A stretch of 64,000 nt of DNA from Spirochaetia bacterium (GTDB taxonomy: Bacteria; Spirochaetota; Spirochaetia; SZUA-6; Bin103), in contig CBDBOV010000002.1 in the NCBI GenBank assembly GCA_965208575.1, positions 224,001-288,000 on the forward strand. The letters are read 5' to 3'. The translations under genes were made by a program, and so were the position numbers. Position 1 is the first letter of the stretch, and each line of letters opens with the position of its first letter. Positions 51,102 to 59,965 of the stretch are shown piece after piece. The notes under the pieces were generated by a model, which searched no databases, was not told the origin of the DNA, and worked only from the letters and a program-made list of their open reading frames with translations.

Positions 51102-51783
51102 GCCGCGCGGCTCGATTCCTTGTAGCTTATTGCGCTGGTCACTTCTGCGACAGGGCGTTCGTATACCGTGGTGAGTTGCGCTGCCGCTTCGCCGGCGCGC
51201 CAGCGTTAGTAGATTATCGCCGTGGGGGTGCCGGTGCCCGGGATGCGGGGCTGCCCGAACCTGATCTCCGGATCCACTTCCGCCGCGACGACAAATCCGT
51301 TCTTGGGTCAAGGAGCCGGAGGCGGTCAGGGGAGTCTGTCTACCCGCCCCCCGGTCGACCTGCCTCATGCACTGAAACAATCGCGCCTTCATTTCGAGTT
51401 GCCCGGCTCGGTTGATGTTGAGGTACTCGCACGTCTGTTCGACCAACAGGTCCGAACGGTCGGTGAGAAGCTCGCAGTCGTCGAGTGGATGCCGGTTTCC
51501 GCGCTGTCTCGGAGATAGGCGATGGCGCGAAGCACGTTCTTGAGCGGTACGGAGTGAAGCCGGCCAAGCGACGAGAGCACGTACAACTCGACCAGGTTCT
51601 GAACGACAGGCTCGGTGGGCGGGCCGGTACGATCGGCGTTCAGCATCGCTCGCCGGCGGGGTGGTGTAGCGGAGCCCGCGTGTGGAGGAACGCCCCCCAC
51701 GAGACCGGACGCCTGATGGTCCAGGCGGCTTCGGTTGGCGTGTATGCGGGACTCCGCGGAGCGCATGCCGCCGTGGATGTCAT
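51098..51783 (-). pseudogene. VapB45-like HTH-DUF433 antitoxin pseudogene
   Basis: Fragments PAYTPTEAA, NLVELYVL, NINRAGQL, DPEIRFGQPRIPGTG in shifting frames. Confidence 0.65.
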
Positions 51784-51869
51784 CCTACATGGTGGAACAT
51801 GAGTAAGTGCTGAGCATCTGTCCAGCCACCCCGCCAGTCCCGTCGGCCGGTCTGGTACGGCTGGGCGGC

Positions 51870-52305
51870 GAGGCCGGGGCGGTCGGGGGATTATGTGGCC
51901 GTCCTGCCGGACGATCGGCTCGGTGAGGATCATCCACGTCTGGCTGACCGACACGACCGTCGACGCGCACGGAATCGGCAACCAGGTTGGCTCCCTCGAA
52001 CAGCGCCGTTGCGGTTGCAGTGCCGGCGTCGTAGCGAATTCGCGCCGACACCGGGGCGCCGGCATACCGCAGCGTGCCGGATGTCGCGGTGGAACTCGGA
52101 GAAGGTCTTGATGCCCTCCTGAATGAGGAAGTTGGGCGAGCACACGTCGACGTGGATCGCCGCGGCGGCCCGCGAACGGGCGCCCCACACGTGCGGGGCG
52201 ATGTGCGCGTAGCGGGTCTCCGCCATGGTTGCGATCTTCCTGGTCTCCGAGATGCCGCCGGTGACCGACAGGTCCATCCGGATTATGGAGGCGGCCTGCT
52301 TCTGC
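51870..52305 (-). pseudogene. Second, more degraded copy of the mandelate-racemase-family fragment, with ~150-bp insertion
   Basis: Nucleotide-level match to ~44805-45088 (QKQAASII.MDLS.TGGISETRKIA...PNFLIQEG). Confidence 0.85.
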
Positions 52306-52361
52306 GCCGACGCTGTCGACTCGCAACATCGAGGCCGCCGGCGGGAAGCGGATTCTCCCAC

Positions 52362-52631
52362 GGTTGTCGGTCGGGACCCGTGACCAGCTTGCCACCGTGG
52401 TGCGCCTCACCATCGCCGAGAAGCTTGGCACCACCGTCGTCCTCGACGACGGGCTCGTGCACCGCGACGTATCCCGCATGAGCCGGCTGTACGCCCTCAT
52501 GCGCGAGTGCGCAGTGGAGCTCCCGATTGTCGTGCTCACCTGCCGCCCCGAACGATACGATCCCGCGGACGGACAAACGGTGCACTCGATCAACCTCACC
52601 AAGCACATCAAGCGCAAGTGCTCGTAGCACC
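52362..52631 (+). pseudogene. Duplicated 3' end (~87 codons) of the Rad50/YhaN-like gene
   Basis: Matches 42463-42732 (SVGTRDQLATV.RLTIAEKLG...LTC.P.RYDPADG) including TCGTAGCACC at the stop. Confidence 0.88.
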
Positions 52632-52668
52632 GCAGTCGTCTCCATAAGCGTCGTCCCGGTAACGACTC

Positions 52669-52849
52669 TGTTCCATTCTGTCTTATTCCGGCTCATTGTA
52701 TGGGTAGAACTGCCGTAACCATCGGCCCTGTAAAGATTTGTTCTATTCCGTTCTATTCTGTCTATTACCGGCTCATTGTACGGAGGGTCTAGCGTAAACG
52801 TCCTTCCAGCAAGGATTTGTTTCATTCCGTCTTATTCCAACTCATTGTG
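52669..52849. repeat. Three blocks of phased 10-bp repeats (consensus GTYYTATTCY)
   Basis: Blocks at ~52669-52700, 52739-52780, 52818-52849 upstream of the large helicase. Confidence 0.85.
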
Positions 52850-52951
52850 CCGGCCCGGATTTGGGCATGTGGTCCAACTTGACCGCACACGGCTCTCTCG
52901 TGATGATGCCGCCATGGCCGCAACCCGCCGTCCCGCCGTCGGAGGCGTGAG

Positions 52952-55900
52952 ATGAACGTCTTTGAACTCCGGGACCGGCTCGTCGACGACTATCGAAAAT
53001 ACACGCGCAGCTTCATCAAGATCAGAGATCCGCGGATAGAGGAGTTCGTCGATGGCCACCTCGGTGCGGAGGGTTTCTGGCCGGAGCCGCTGCTGCAACT
53101 GAACCCGGCATTCCATCCGGGCGGCACGATTGACGATCTGGTCGCAGAGGGGATTCTGTCGGATGAGTGCTTGCGGATATTCCGCTACCGCGAGTCCTCT
53201 GAGGACCACCGTGGCGGCCGGCTCCTCCTCCACCGCCACCAGCGCGAAGCGATTCTCAAGGCTCACGAGGGGAAGCATTACGTGCTCACGACGGGCACCG
53301 GCTCGGGCAAGAGCTTGGCGTACATTGTGCCGATCGTGGATCGCGTCCTGCGGTCGGGCTCCGGTCGCGGTGTCCAGGCCATCATCGTCTACCCGATGAA
53401 TGCCCTCGCCAACAGCCAGCACGAGGAGCTTGCCAAGTTCATCGACGCCGCCTATCCGCAAGGCGAGGCACCGGTTCGCTTTGCCCGCTACACGGGGCAG
53501 GAGAGGGGCGAGTCACGCGAGACCCTCCGGAGTTCTCCGCCGGACGTGCTCCTGACCAACTACATGATGCTGGAACTGTTGCTCACCCGCCGCGAGGACC
53601 GCGAGCTTGTGCGAGCGGCACAGGGGCTCCAGTACCTCGTGTTCGACGAACTGCATACCTACCGGGGCCGTCAGGGAGCCGATGTCGCGATGTTGATCCG
53701 CCGATGCCGCCACGCCTTCGGCAACCGTGTAATCTGTGTCGGGACCTCGGCCACCATGGCCAGCGACGGTACTACCGACGATCAGCGCCGTGACGTTGCG
53801 GCGGTGTCGCAGTCGCTGTTCGGGGTGGACTTCACGCCGGAACAGGTTATAGGTGAGACGTTGAAGCGGGCGACTCCCGAGGTCGACTTCGACGACGACG
53901 CGGTACGAGCCCCTCTCCGGGCCGCTGTCGTCGGCGATGAGCACCCGCCGGAGGACTACCAACTGTTTCGGCGCCATCCGCTCACCTCTTGGATTGAATC
54001 TACGTTCGGTGTCCACGAAGAGCCCGAAACTGGCGAACTGTTGCGTCAGACACCGCGGAGGCTTCAGGGCAGCGAACTCGACGGACTCCCGAGCGCGGCG
54101 GCGGAGCTCGCACAACAGACGGGAACCGAACCCGACCAGTGTGCGGAGATCCTGCGACGCTGGCTGCTCATGGGGTCGACACTTCGCGAGGATCAGTCGA
54201 GCCGGTTCCCCATCTTTGCCTTCCGGTTCCACCAGTTCCTGACCCGTGGAGACACGGTGTGGGCATCGCTCGAATCGGAGCGACAACGCCATCTGGAGAT
54301 CTCCAAGAAGGCCGCCAAGCCCGGCGAGCCCGACAAACCCCTGTATCCGCTGGTGTTCTGCCGTCACTGCGGAACCGCCTACTACCGCGTCCGTGTCGAA
54401 GCTGACGAGCAGGGCATGATCGCGCTTCCGCGCGACGATGGCGGTGAACATGGTGACGAATTCGTGCAGGACGGATATCTGTACGTTTCCGATGAGTCGC
54501 CGTGGCCCCGGACCGGGGATCCTGCGGAACTCCAACGGTTGCCCGACATGCTCAAAGAAATGACCGCTCGTCACGGAGAACGGATACGCCCCGAGGCCCG
54601 CAAAGATGTTCCGAAGCCATTGTTCGTCGATTCCACCGGCCGCTTCGTTGCAGAGGGGGGAGGCATACCGGCAGCACTGATCCGAGATCCGTTCCTGTTC
54701 TGCCTGGAGCCATCGTGCGGCGTAACGTACACGCGGAGTCAGCGATCGGAGCGGTTCAAGTTGGCAACCCTCGGCGTGGATAATCGGAGCACTGCCACCA
54801 CCATTCTTGCGATGAGGTCGCTCATCCAATTGCAAACCGACCGGGAGCTCGACACTGAAGCACGCAAGCTGTTGAGCTTTACCGACAACAGGCAGGATGC
54901 CTCCCTCCAGGCCGGCCACTTCAATGACTTCGTGCAGGTCGCGCTACTGCGCTCGGCACTCCACCACGCGTGTGTACAAGGCCCGTCCGCAGGTCTCCGG
55001 CATGGCGACTTGTCGCGTTCCGTCGTCAGTGCAATGGAGTTGCCGTTCGAGGAATACGCTGCTGATCCGGAGGTGCGTGGAACCGCGCGCCATCGCACGC
55101 GCGACGCCCTATCCCGGGTGATAGAGTATCTCGTGTATCGCGACCTTGAACGCGGATGGCGCGTGACGGCGCCCAACCTGGAAGATTGCGGCCTGCTCCG
55201 GTTCGACTACGAGGGGCTTGCCGGCGAAGACGGGCTCCTCGGTGAAACGGAGTTGTGGGAGACGGGATTCGGGAACAACGAGGTTCCGCCGCTGCTCCGC
55301 ATGGCGCCCCGGCACGTGCGCGAAGAATTCGTCCGCACGCTGCTCGATCTGCTGCGTCGGCAGCTTGCCGTAAAGGTCGATGTGCTCGACCCGGGCAAGC
55401 AACATGAATTGGTGGAACAAACGAAATTACGCCTCCAGGAAGGCACAGCCTGGTATCTGGACGACGAGCGGGAGTTGACCAACGCAGTCGTCGCTTGGCC
55501 GCGCTCCAGGAGAAAGCGGGAGCGACACGGATTGTTCGTCTCCTCTTACAGCGCCTACGGACAGTACCTCAGGCGTGAGCTTGCCCCTCACCTGGCGCCG
55601 AACCAGCGAGTCAGTCGTGCGGAAACCGACCAAATCATCCGCTTTCTGCTTCTGGCGCTCAAGCGCTATGGCATCGTGGAGCAGGTCAGAGGCGGGAGCG
55701 GCAACGATGGTCCGGGCTATCAGCTCAACGCCGATGCGCTGCGCTGGTTGCCCGGTGCCGGTAAGGATCGCCCGTTCGACCGCACTCGCCTTGCGGACGA
55801 AGGCGGGTTGCCGCTTGAGGTGAACCGCTACTTCGTGGAGTGCTACCGCAGCTTCGTAGACCTCAAGTGCGTCCTCGAAGCACGCGAGCACACTGCGCAG

Positions 55901-58198
55901 GTCACCACGGAGGACCGGCAGGAACGGGAGCAACGGTTTCGGAGAGGAGCCCTGCCGCTCATGTTTTGTTCGCCGACCATGGAATTGGGCGTCGACATCA
56001 AGCAACTGAACCTCGTCAATCTCCGAAACGTGCCGCCTACTCCGGCAAACTACGCGCAACGCAGCGGCCGCGCCGGCCGGAGCGGCCAGCCGGCGCTGGT
56101 GTTTACCTACTGCGCCGGCCGCAGTCCCCACGATCAATACTTCTACCGCGAGCCCGTCAAGATGGTAGCCGGGACGGTGACGCCGCCCCGTATCGACCTG
56201 CGCAACCGCGACCTGATCCGTTCTCACATCCAGGCCATCTGGATGCAGACTGCGAAGCCCGATCTCGGGAAGACGTTGACGAAGGTCCTTGAATTGGCCC
56301 CGGATAGCGGCCTCCTTCCGCTCCCGGTCGCCGACGCGATCAAGGAGGTTCTACGCGATCCGTACCGGCGAGAGGAAGCGCGGTCGCGAGCAGCTCCGGT
56401 GATTGACGAAATCCGCTCGGAGCTCGCCCAGACGAGTTGGTTCCACGACGATTGGGTGGACGATGTGCTCGGTCAGATCGACCTCAACTTCGATGCTGCG
56501 TGCGAGCGCTGGCGCAATCTCTACCGGGCGGCCCGACGGCAACGCAAGCTGCACCACGACATCATCGGCGATCATTCCAGGCCTGAGGCCGAACGTAACC
56601 ACTCCCGCAGATTGCGTGCACAGGCCGAGGCGCAGATTCGCCTCCTTACGGAAGCCGAGGGAATCTACGAGGGCGACTTCTACTCCTACCGCTACTTTGC
56701 CACCGAGGGATTCCTGCCTGGCTACAACTTTCCGCGGCTGCCGGTCTCCGCGTTTGTGCCCGGGCGGCGTGGGAGCAAGGGACGCGACGAATTCATCTCG
56801 CGGCCACGGTTCCTCGCCGTCTCCGAGTTTGGCCCGCGTGCGTTGATCTATCACGAAGGGGCGCGGTATCGCGTCTACAAGGCCAACCTCGACTTCGGAT
56901 CTGATGCGGCCGAGGACACCCGCGACCTCAGCACCGACACGATGAAACGGTGTCCGAGATGCGGATACGCTCATCTTGAGGCGGGCGCCACCAATCTGAG
57001 CGAGGTTTGCGATCGCTGCGGCGCATACCTCGACGATCGGATCGACGGTCTCGTCCAGATGCAGAATGTGAGCCTCAAGCTGGCGCAGCGTATCACGTGC
57101 GACGAGGAAGAACGGCAACGGTTTGGCTACCGGCTGTACACCGCTTACCGGTTCCCGGAAGTCAATGGTCAACTCGATCACAAGGATGCCGAGGTCTACT
57201 GCGACGACTCCTGCATACTCAAGCTCAGCTACGGCGACGCCACAGATCTCTACCGTATCAACCTGGGATGGGCCAACCAGGATGGCTCGCAACCGCCCGG
57301 CTTCAAGCTGGATCTGGAGCGCGGTTATTGGGCGCGCAACCAGGCAGACACGGGCGACCAGGACGACGCGGCCACCCTGACGCACATGCGGCGGGTAGTT
57401 CCCTACGTGCGGGACACGAAGAATGTCCTTGTCATGAAGTTCGATCAGCCTCGCTCCGGCCCGGAGATGGCCGGCCTGCAGGCAGCCTTCAAGCAGGCAA
57501 TCCAGTTGCACTTCCAGATCGAACCGCGCGAGCTCGCCTGCGAAGCGTTGCCCGACACGCGTGACCGACGGGAGATACTGTTCTACGAGGCCGCCGAGGG
57601 CGGCGCTGGCGTCCTCCGCCAGTTGGCCGAAGATCCGTCCGTGCTGCCGGCGCTCGCACGCCGCGCGTTGGAAATCTGTCACTACTCCCCGGACTCACTG
57701 GAAGATCAGGCTGCCGATTGGTGCGGCAAGGCGTGCTACCAGTGCCTGCTCGACTATGGGAACCAGCCGGACCACAAGGATCTGGATCGGGCGCTGATCC
57801 GCGACCTCCTTGCGGCCTTGGGGCGGTCGGAGTGTCGCCCAGCCGGAGGCACCGGTACGCGCAGCGACCGCTTGAACGAGTTACGAAAACGCTGCGACAG
57901 CAAACTTGAACAGCGCTGGCTCGACTGCGCCGACAGGCTCGACGTTCGTCTTCCCAGTGACGCGCAGTATGACCTCCCGAGCCACTTTACGCGCCCTGAT
58001 TTCTTCTACCGCGACGTCAACGCGGCGATCTACGTCGACGGCCCGCCTCATGATGCCGCACACCAGATCCGGGACGACGACATCACCACCCAGGCACTTA
58101 TCGAATTAGGCTACATCGTCATCCGCTTCCATCACACAGACGACTGGGAAACGATATTCCGCCGGCATCCCGATGTGTTCGGAGCGCCGAGCGTATGA
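52952..58198 (+). CDS. Large DEAD/DEAH helicase with Zn-ribbon, DUF1998-like and C-terminal endonuclease-like (DUF559-type) domains
   Basis: TGTGSGKS, YPMNALANSQ, DELH, TSAT, MELGVD, QRSGRAGR; EAAEGGAG...CGKACYQCLL..N..DH (DUF1998); RPDF...VDGPPH. Confidence 0.88.
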   Translation: MNVFELRDRLVDDYRKYTRSFIKIRDPRIEEFVDGHLGAEGFWPEPLLQLNPAFHPGGTIDDLVAEGILSDECLRIFRYRESSEDHRGGRLLLHRHQREAILKAHEGKHYVLTTGTGSGKSLAYIVPIVDRVLRSGSGRGVQAIIVYPMNALANSQHEELAKFIDAAYPQGEAPVRFARYTGQERGESRETLRSSPPDVLLTNYMMLELLLTRREDRELVRAAQGLQYLVFDELHTYRGRQGADVAMLIRRCRHAFGNRVICVGTSATMASDGTTDDQRRDVAAVSQSLFGVDFTPEQVIGETLKRATPEVDFDDDAVRAPLRAAVVGDEHPPEDYQLFRRHPLTSWIESTFGVHEEPETGELLRQTPRRLQGSELDGLPSAAAELAQQTGTEPDQCAEILRRWLLMGSTLREDQSSRFPIFAFRFHQFLTRGDTVWASLESERQRHLEISKKAAKPGEPDKPLYPLVFCRHCGTAYYRVRVEADEQGMIALPRDDGGEHGDEFVQDGYLYVSDESPWPRTGDPAELQRLPDMLKEMTARHGERIRPEARKDVPKPLFVDSTGRFVAEGGGIPAALIRDPFLFCLEPSCGVTYTRSQRSERFKLATLGVDNRSTATTILAMRSLIQLQTDRELDTEARKLLSFTDNRQDASLQAGHFNDFVQVALLRSALHHACVQGPSAGLRHGDLSRSVVSAMELPFEEYAADPEVRGTARHRTRDALSRVIEYLVYRDLERGWRVTAPNLEDCGLLRFDYEGLAGEDGLLGETELWETGFGNNEVPPLLRMAPRHVREEFVRTLLDLLRRQLAVKVDVLDPGKQHELVEQTKLRLQEGTAWYLDDERELTNAVVAWPRSRRKRERHGLFVSSYSAYGQYLRRELAPHLAPNQRVSRAETDQIIRFLLLALKRYGIVEQVRGGSGNDGPGYQLNADALRWLPGAGKDRPFDRTRLADEGGLPLEVNRYFVECYRSFVDLKCVLEAREHTAQVTTEDRQEREQRFRRGALPLMFCSPTMELGVDIKQLNLVNLRNVPPTPANYAQRSGRAGRSGQPALVFTYCAGRSPHDQYFYREPVKMVAGTVTPPRIDLRNRDLIRSHIQAIWMQTAKPDLGKTLTKVLELAPDSGLLPLPVADAIKEVLRDPYRREEARSRAAPVIDEIRSELAQTSWFHDDWVDDVLGQIDLNFDAACERWRNLYRAARRQRKLHHDIIGDHSRPEAERNHSRRLRAQAEAQIRLLTEAEGIYEGDFYSYRYFATEGFLPGYNFPRLPVSAFVPGRRGSKGRDEFISRPRFLAVSEFGPRALIYHEGARYRVYKANLDFGSDAAEDTRDLSTDTMKRCPRCGYAHLEAGATNLSEVCDRCGAYLDDRIDGLVQMQNVSLKLAQRITCDEEERQRFGYRLYTAYRFPEVNGQLDHKDAEVYCDDSCILKLSYGDATDLYRINLGWANQDGSQPPGFKLDLERGYWARNQADTGDQDDAATLTHMRRVVPYVRDTKNVLVMKFDQPRSGPEMAGLQAAFKQAIQLHFQIEPRELACEALPDTRDRREILFYEAAEGGAGVLRQLAEDPSVLPALARRALEICHYSPDSLEDQAADWCGKACYQCLLDYGNQPDHKDLDRALIRDLLAALGRSECRPAGGTGTRSDRLNELRKRCDSKLEQRWLDCADRLDVRLPSDAQYDLPSHFTRPDFFYRDVNAAIYVDGPPHDAAHQIRDDDITTQALIELGYIVIRFHHTDDWETIFRRHPDVFGAPSV

Positions 58199-59597
58199 CA
58201 CTCGCCGACATCGAATCCCTGGTTTCGAACGGCGAGTCCGAGCGCCTCGAATTGAAGGCTTCTACTGGCGAACTGCGTACCGGCGTGAGATCGGTGTGTG
58301 CGATGCTCAACCACCGTGGCGGTACTGTGCTGTTCGGCGTCGATCGAAATGGACGGATAGTCGGTCAGTTGGTGAGCGACCAGACCCTTGAGAGCATGGC
58401 GGCGGAGCTAAGCGCGTTGGAACCTCCAGCCTATCCGTCCGTCAGTCGTGTGCCCGTTCAGGCAGGGCGAGAAGTCTTGGTGATCAGCGTGTCGAGAGGA
58501 CAGAATCAGCCTTACAGTCATCGCGGAAGGGCATGGCGGCGGGTAGCCAACGTCAACCAGGGGATGACTCGTGAGGAGTACAACCGAGTACTTATCGAAC
58601 GGCTGCACAGCGATCGCCGGTGGGAAAACGAACCTGCCTCTGGATGGACGGTAGCTGACCTCGATCAGGAAGAGATCCTTCGCACTCTCGACGAAGCTGT
58701 CCGCCGTGGCCGCGCGGACGATCCGGGGACCCGAGATCCTTCGGAAGTGTTACGTGGGTTGGGCCTGATCCGTGGGAGTGATCTGCTTCGAGCGGCGGTC
58801 GTACTGTTCGGCTCGCCTGACCGCGTCGAGAGAGAGTACACCCAGTGCCTGTTGCGGGTGGCGAAGTTCCGAGGAACGGATCGCACCGAGTTTCTGGACA
58901 ACCGGCAGTTTCGAGGCAACGCCTTTGATCTCCTGAGCCGGGCGGAGCGCTTCTACCGGGACAACCTGCCCATAGCAGGACGTGTCGAGCCGGACCTGTT
59001 CCGACGGGTGGACACCCCGCTCTATCCGCCGGAGGCGCTTCGTGAGGCCCTTGCGAATGCTTTCTGCCACCGGGACTACTCGATCGGCGGCGGTTCGGTG
59101 GCGGTTCGGTGGCGGCGGCGATTTATGACGATCGCCTTGAAGTGACCTCTTCCGGCACGCTCCATTTCGGGCTCACCGCCGAAGCGTTGTTTGAGCCCCA
59201 CGAGTCCCTGCCCTGGAACCCATTGATAGCTCAAGTCTTTTATCGTCGGGGAATTATCGAACAGTGGGGTCGAGGAACCATCAAGATGAGGGAACTCGTC
59301 ACAGACGCCGGACTGCCGGCGCCGGAGATCGAGGATGTGGGCGGATGCGTGACCGTACGCTTCAGAACTGGGACGTACGTGCCTACGCACGTGGAGAGAG
59401 AGGTGACCGATCGCCAGAGGGCCATTCTCACCCTGCTCGCGGGAGTACGCGGCGGTCTCGCCCTACGCGAGATCATCCCAGAACTGGAGAAATCTCCCAC
59501 GCCGCGACAGGTGCAAGATGATCTACGCATCTTGCGAACGCTTGGCTTGGCGATGAGCACAGGTCATGGCCGTGGCGCGAGGTGGAAACGCCAATAG
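58195..59597 (+). pseudogene. Schlafen/AlbA_2 - GHKL - winged-HTH gene frameshifted by an 11-bp duplication
   Basis: ORF 58195..59145 (AlbA_2 to REALANAFCHRDY) and ORF 59109..59597 (IYDDRLEV...EQWGRG...HTH); GGCGGTTCGGT duplicated at 59089-59110. Confidence 0.85.
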
Positions 59598-59617
59598 TCC
59601 CATTCGTCGGGGGTGGT

Positions 59618-59814
59618 TGTCTTATTCCGGCCCATTCTGTCTTATTCTCTGAATATATCCTACTAACTTCATATCTATAAATGAATTAGCGCGCATGTTC
59701 TATTCTGTTCTATTTTCTGTCTTATTCCCTATCGAGTGAAATTGAAAATGGGTTATTATCTTCTACGAAATGATTTACGTCATTTGTCTAATTCCGTTCT
59801 ATTCTGTCTTATTT
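59618..59814. repeat. Three blocks of phased 10-bp repeats (same consensus as 52669-52849) in an AT-rich intergenic region
   Basis: Blocks at ~59618-59648, 59696-59728, 59785-59814. Confidence 0.85.
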
Positions 59815-59965
59815 TAGCGATTCTCACACAAGCGAACAGCTATTTCGTAGTCCTCGCAGCTACACGAGCTATTGCCGAACACCCGCTCCGCTGGTCCCGA
59901 GGTTAGCGTAATCCGAATCGCTACAGGGTGTCAGCGTTACGGGCGGGCGGGCCGATATTTGGAAC

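Noticed and set aside
52669-52849. CRISPR mini-array
   Set aside because: Blocks differ in length, are built of internal decamers, and the two intervening segments resemble each other
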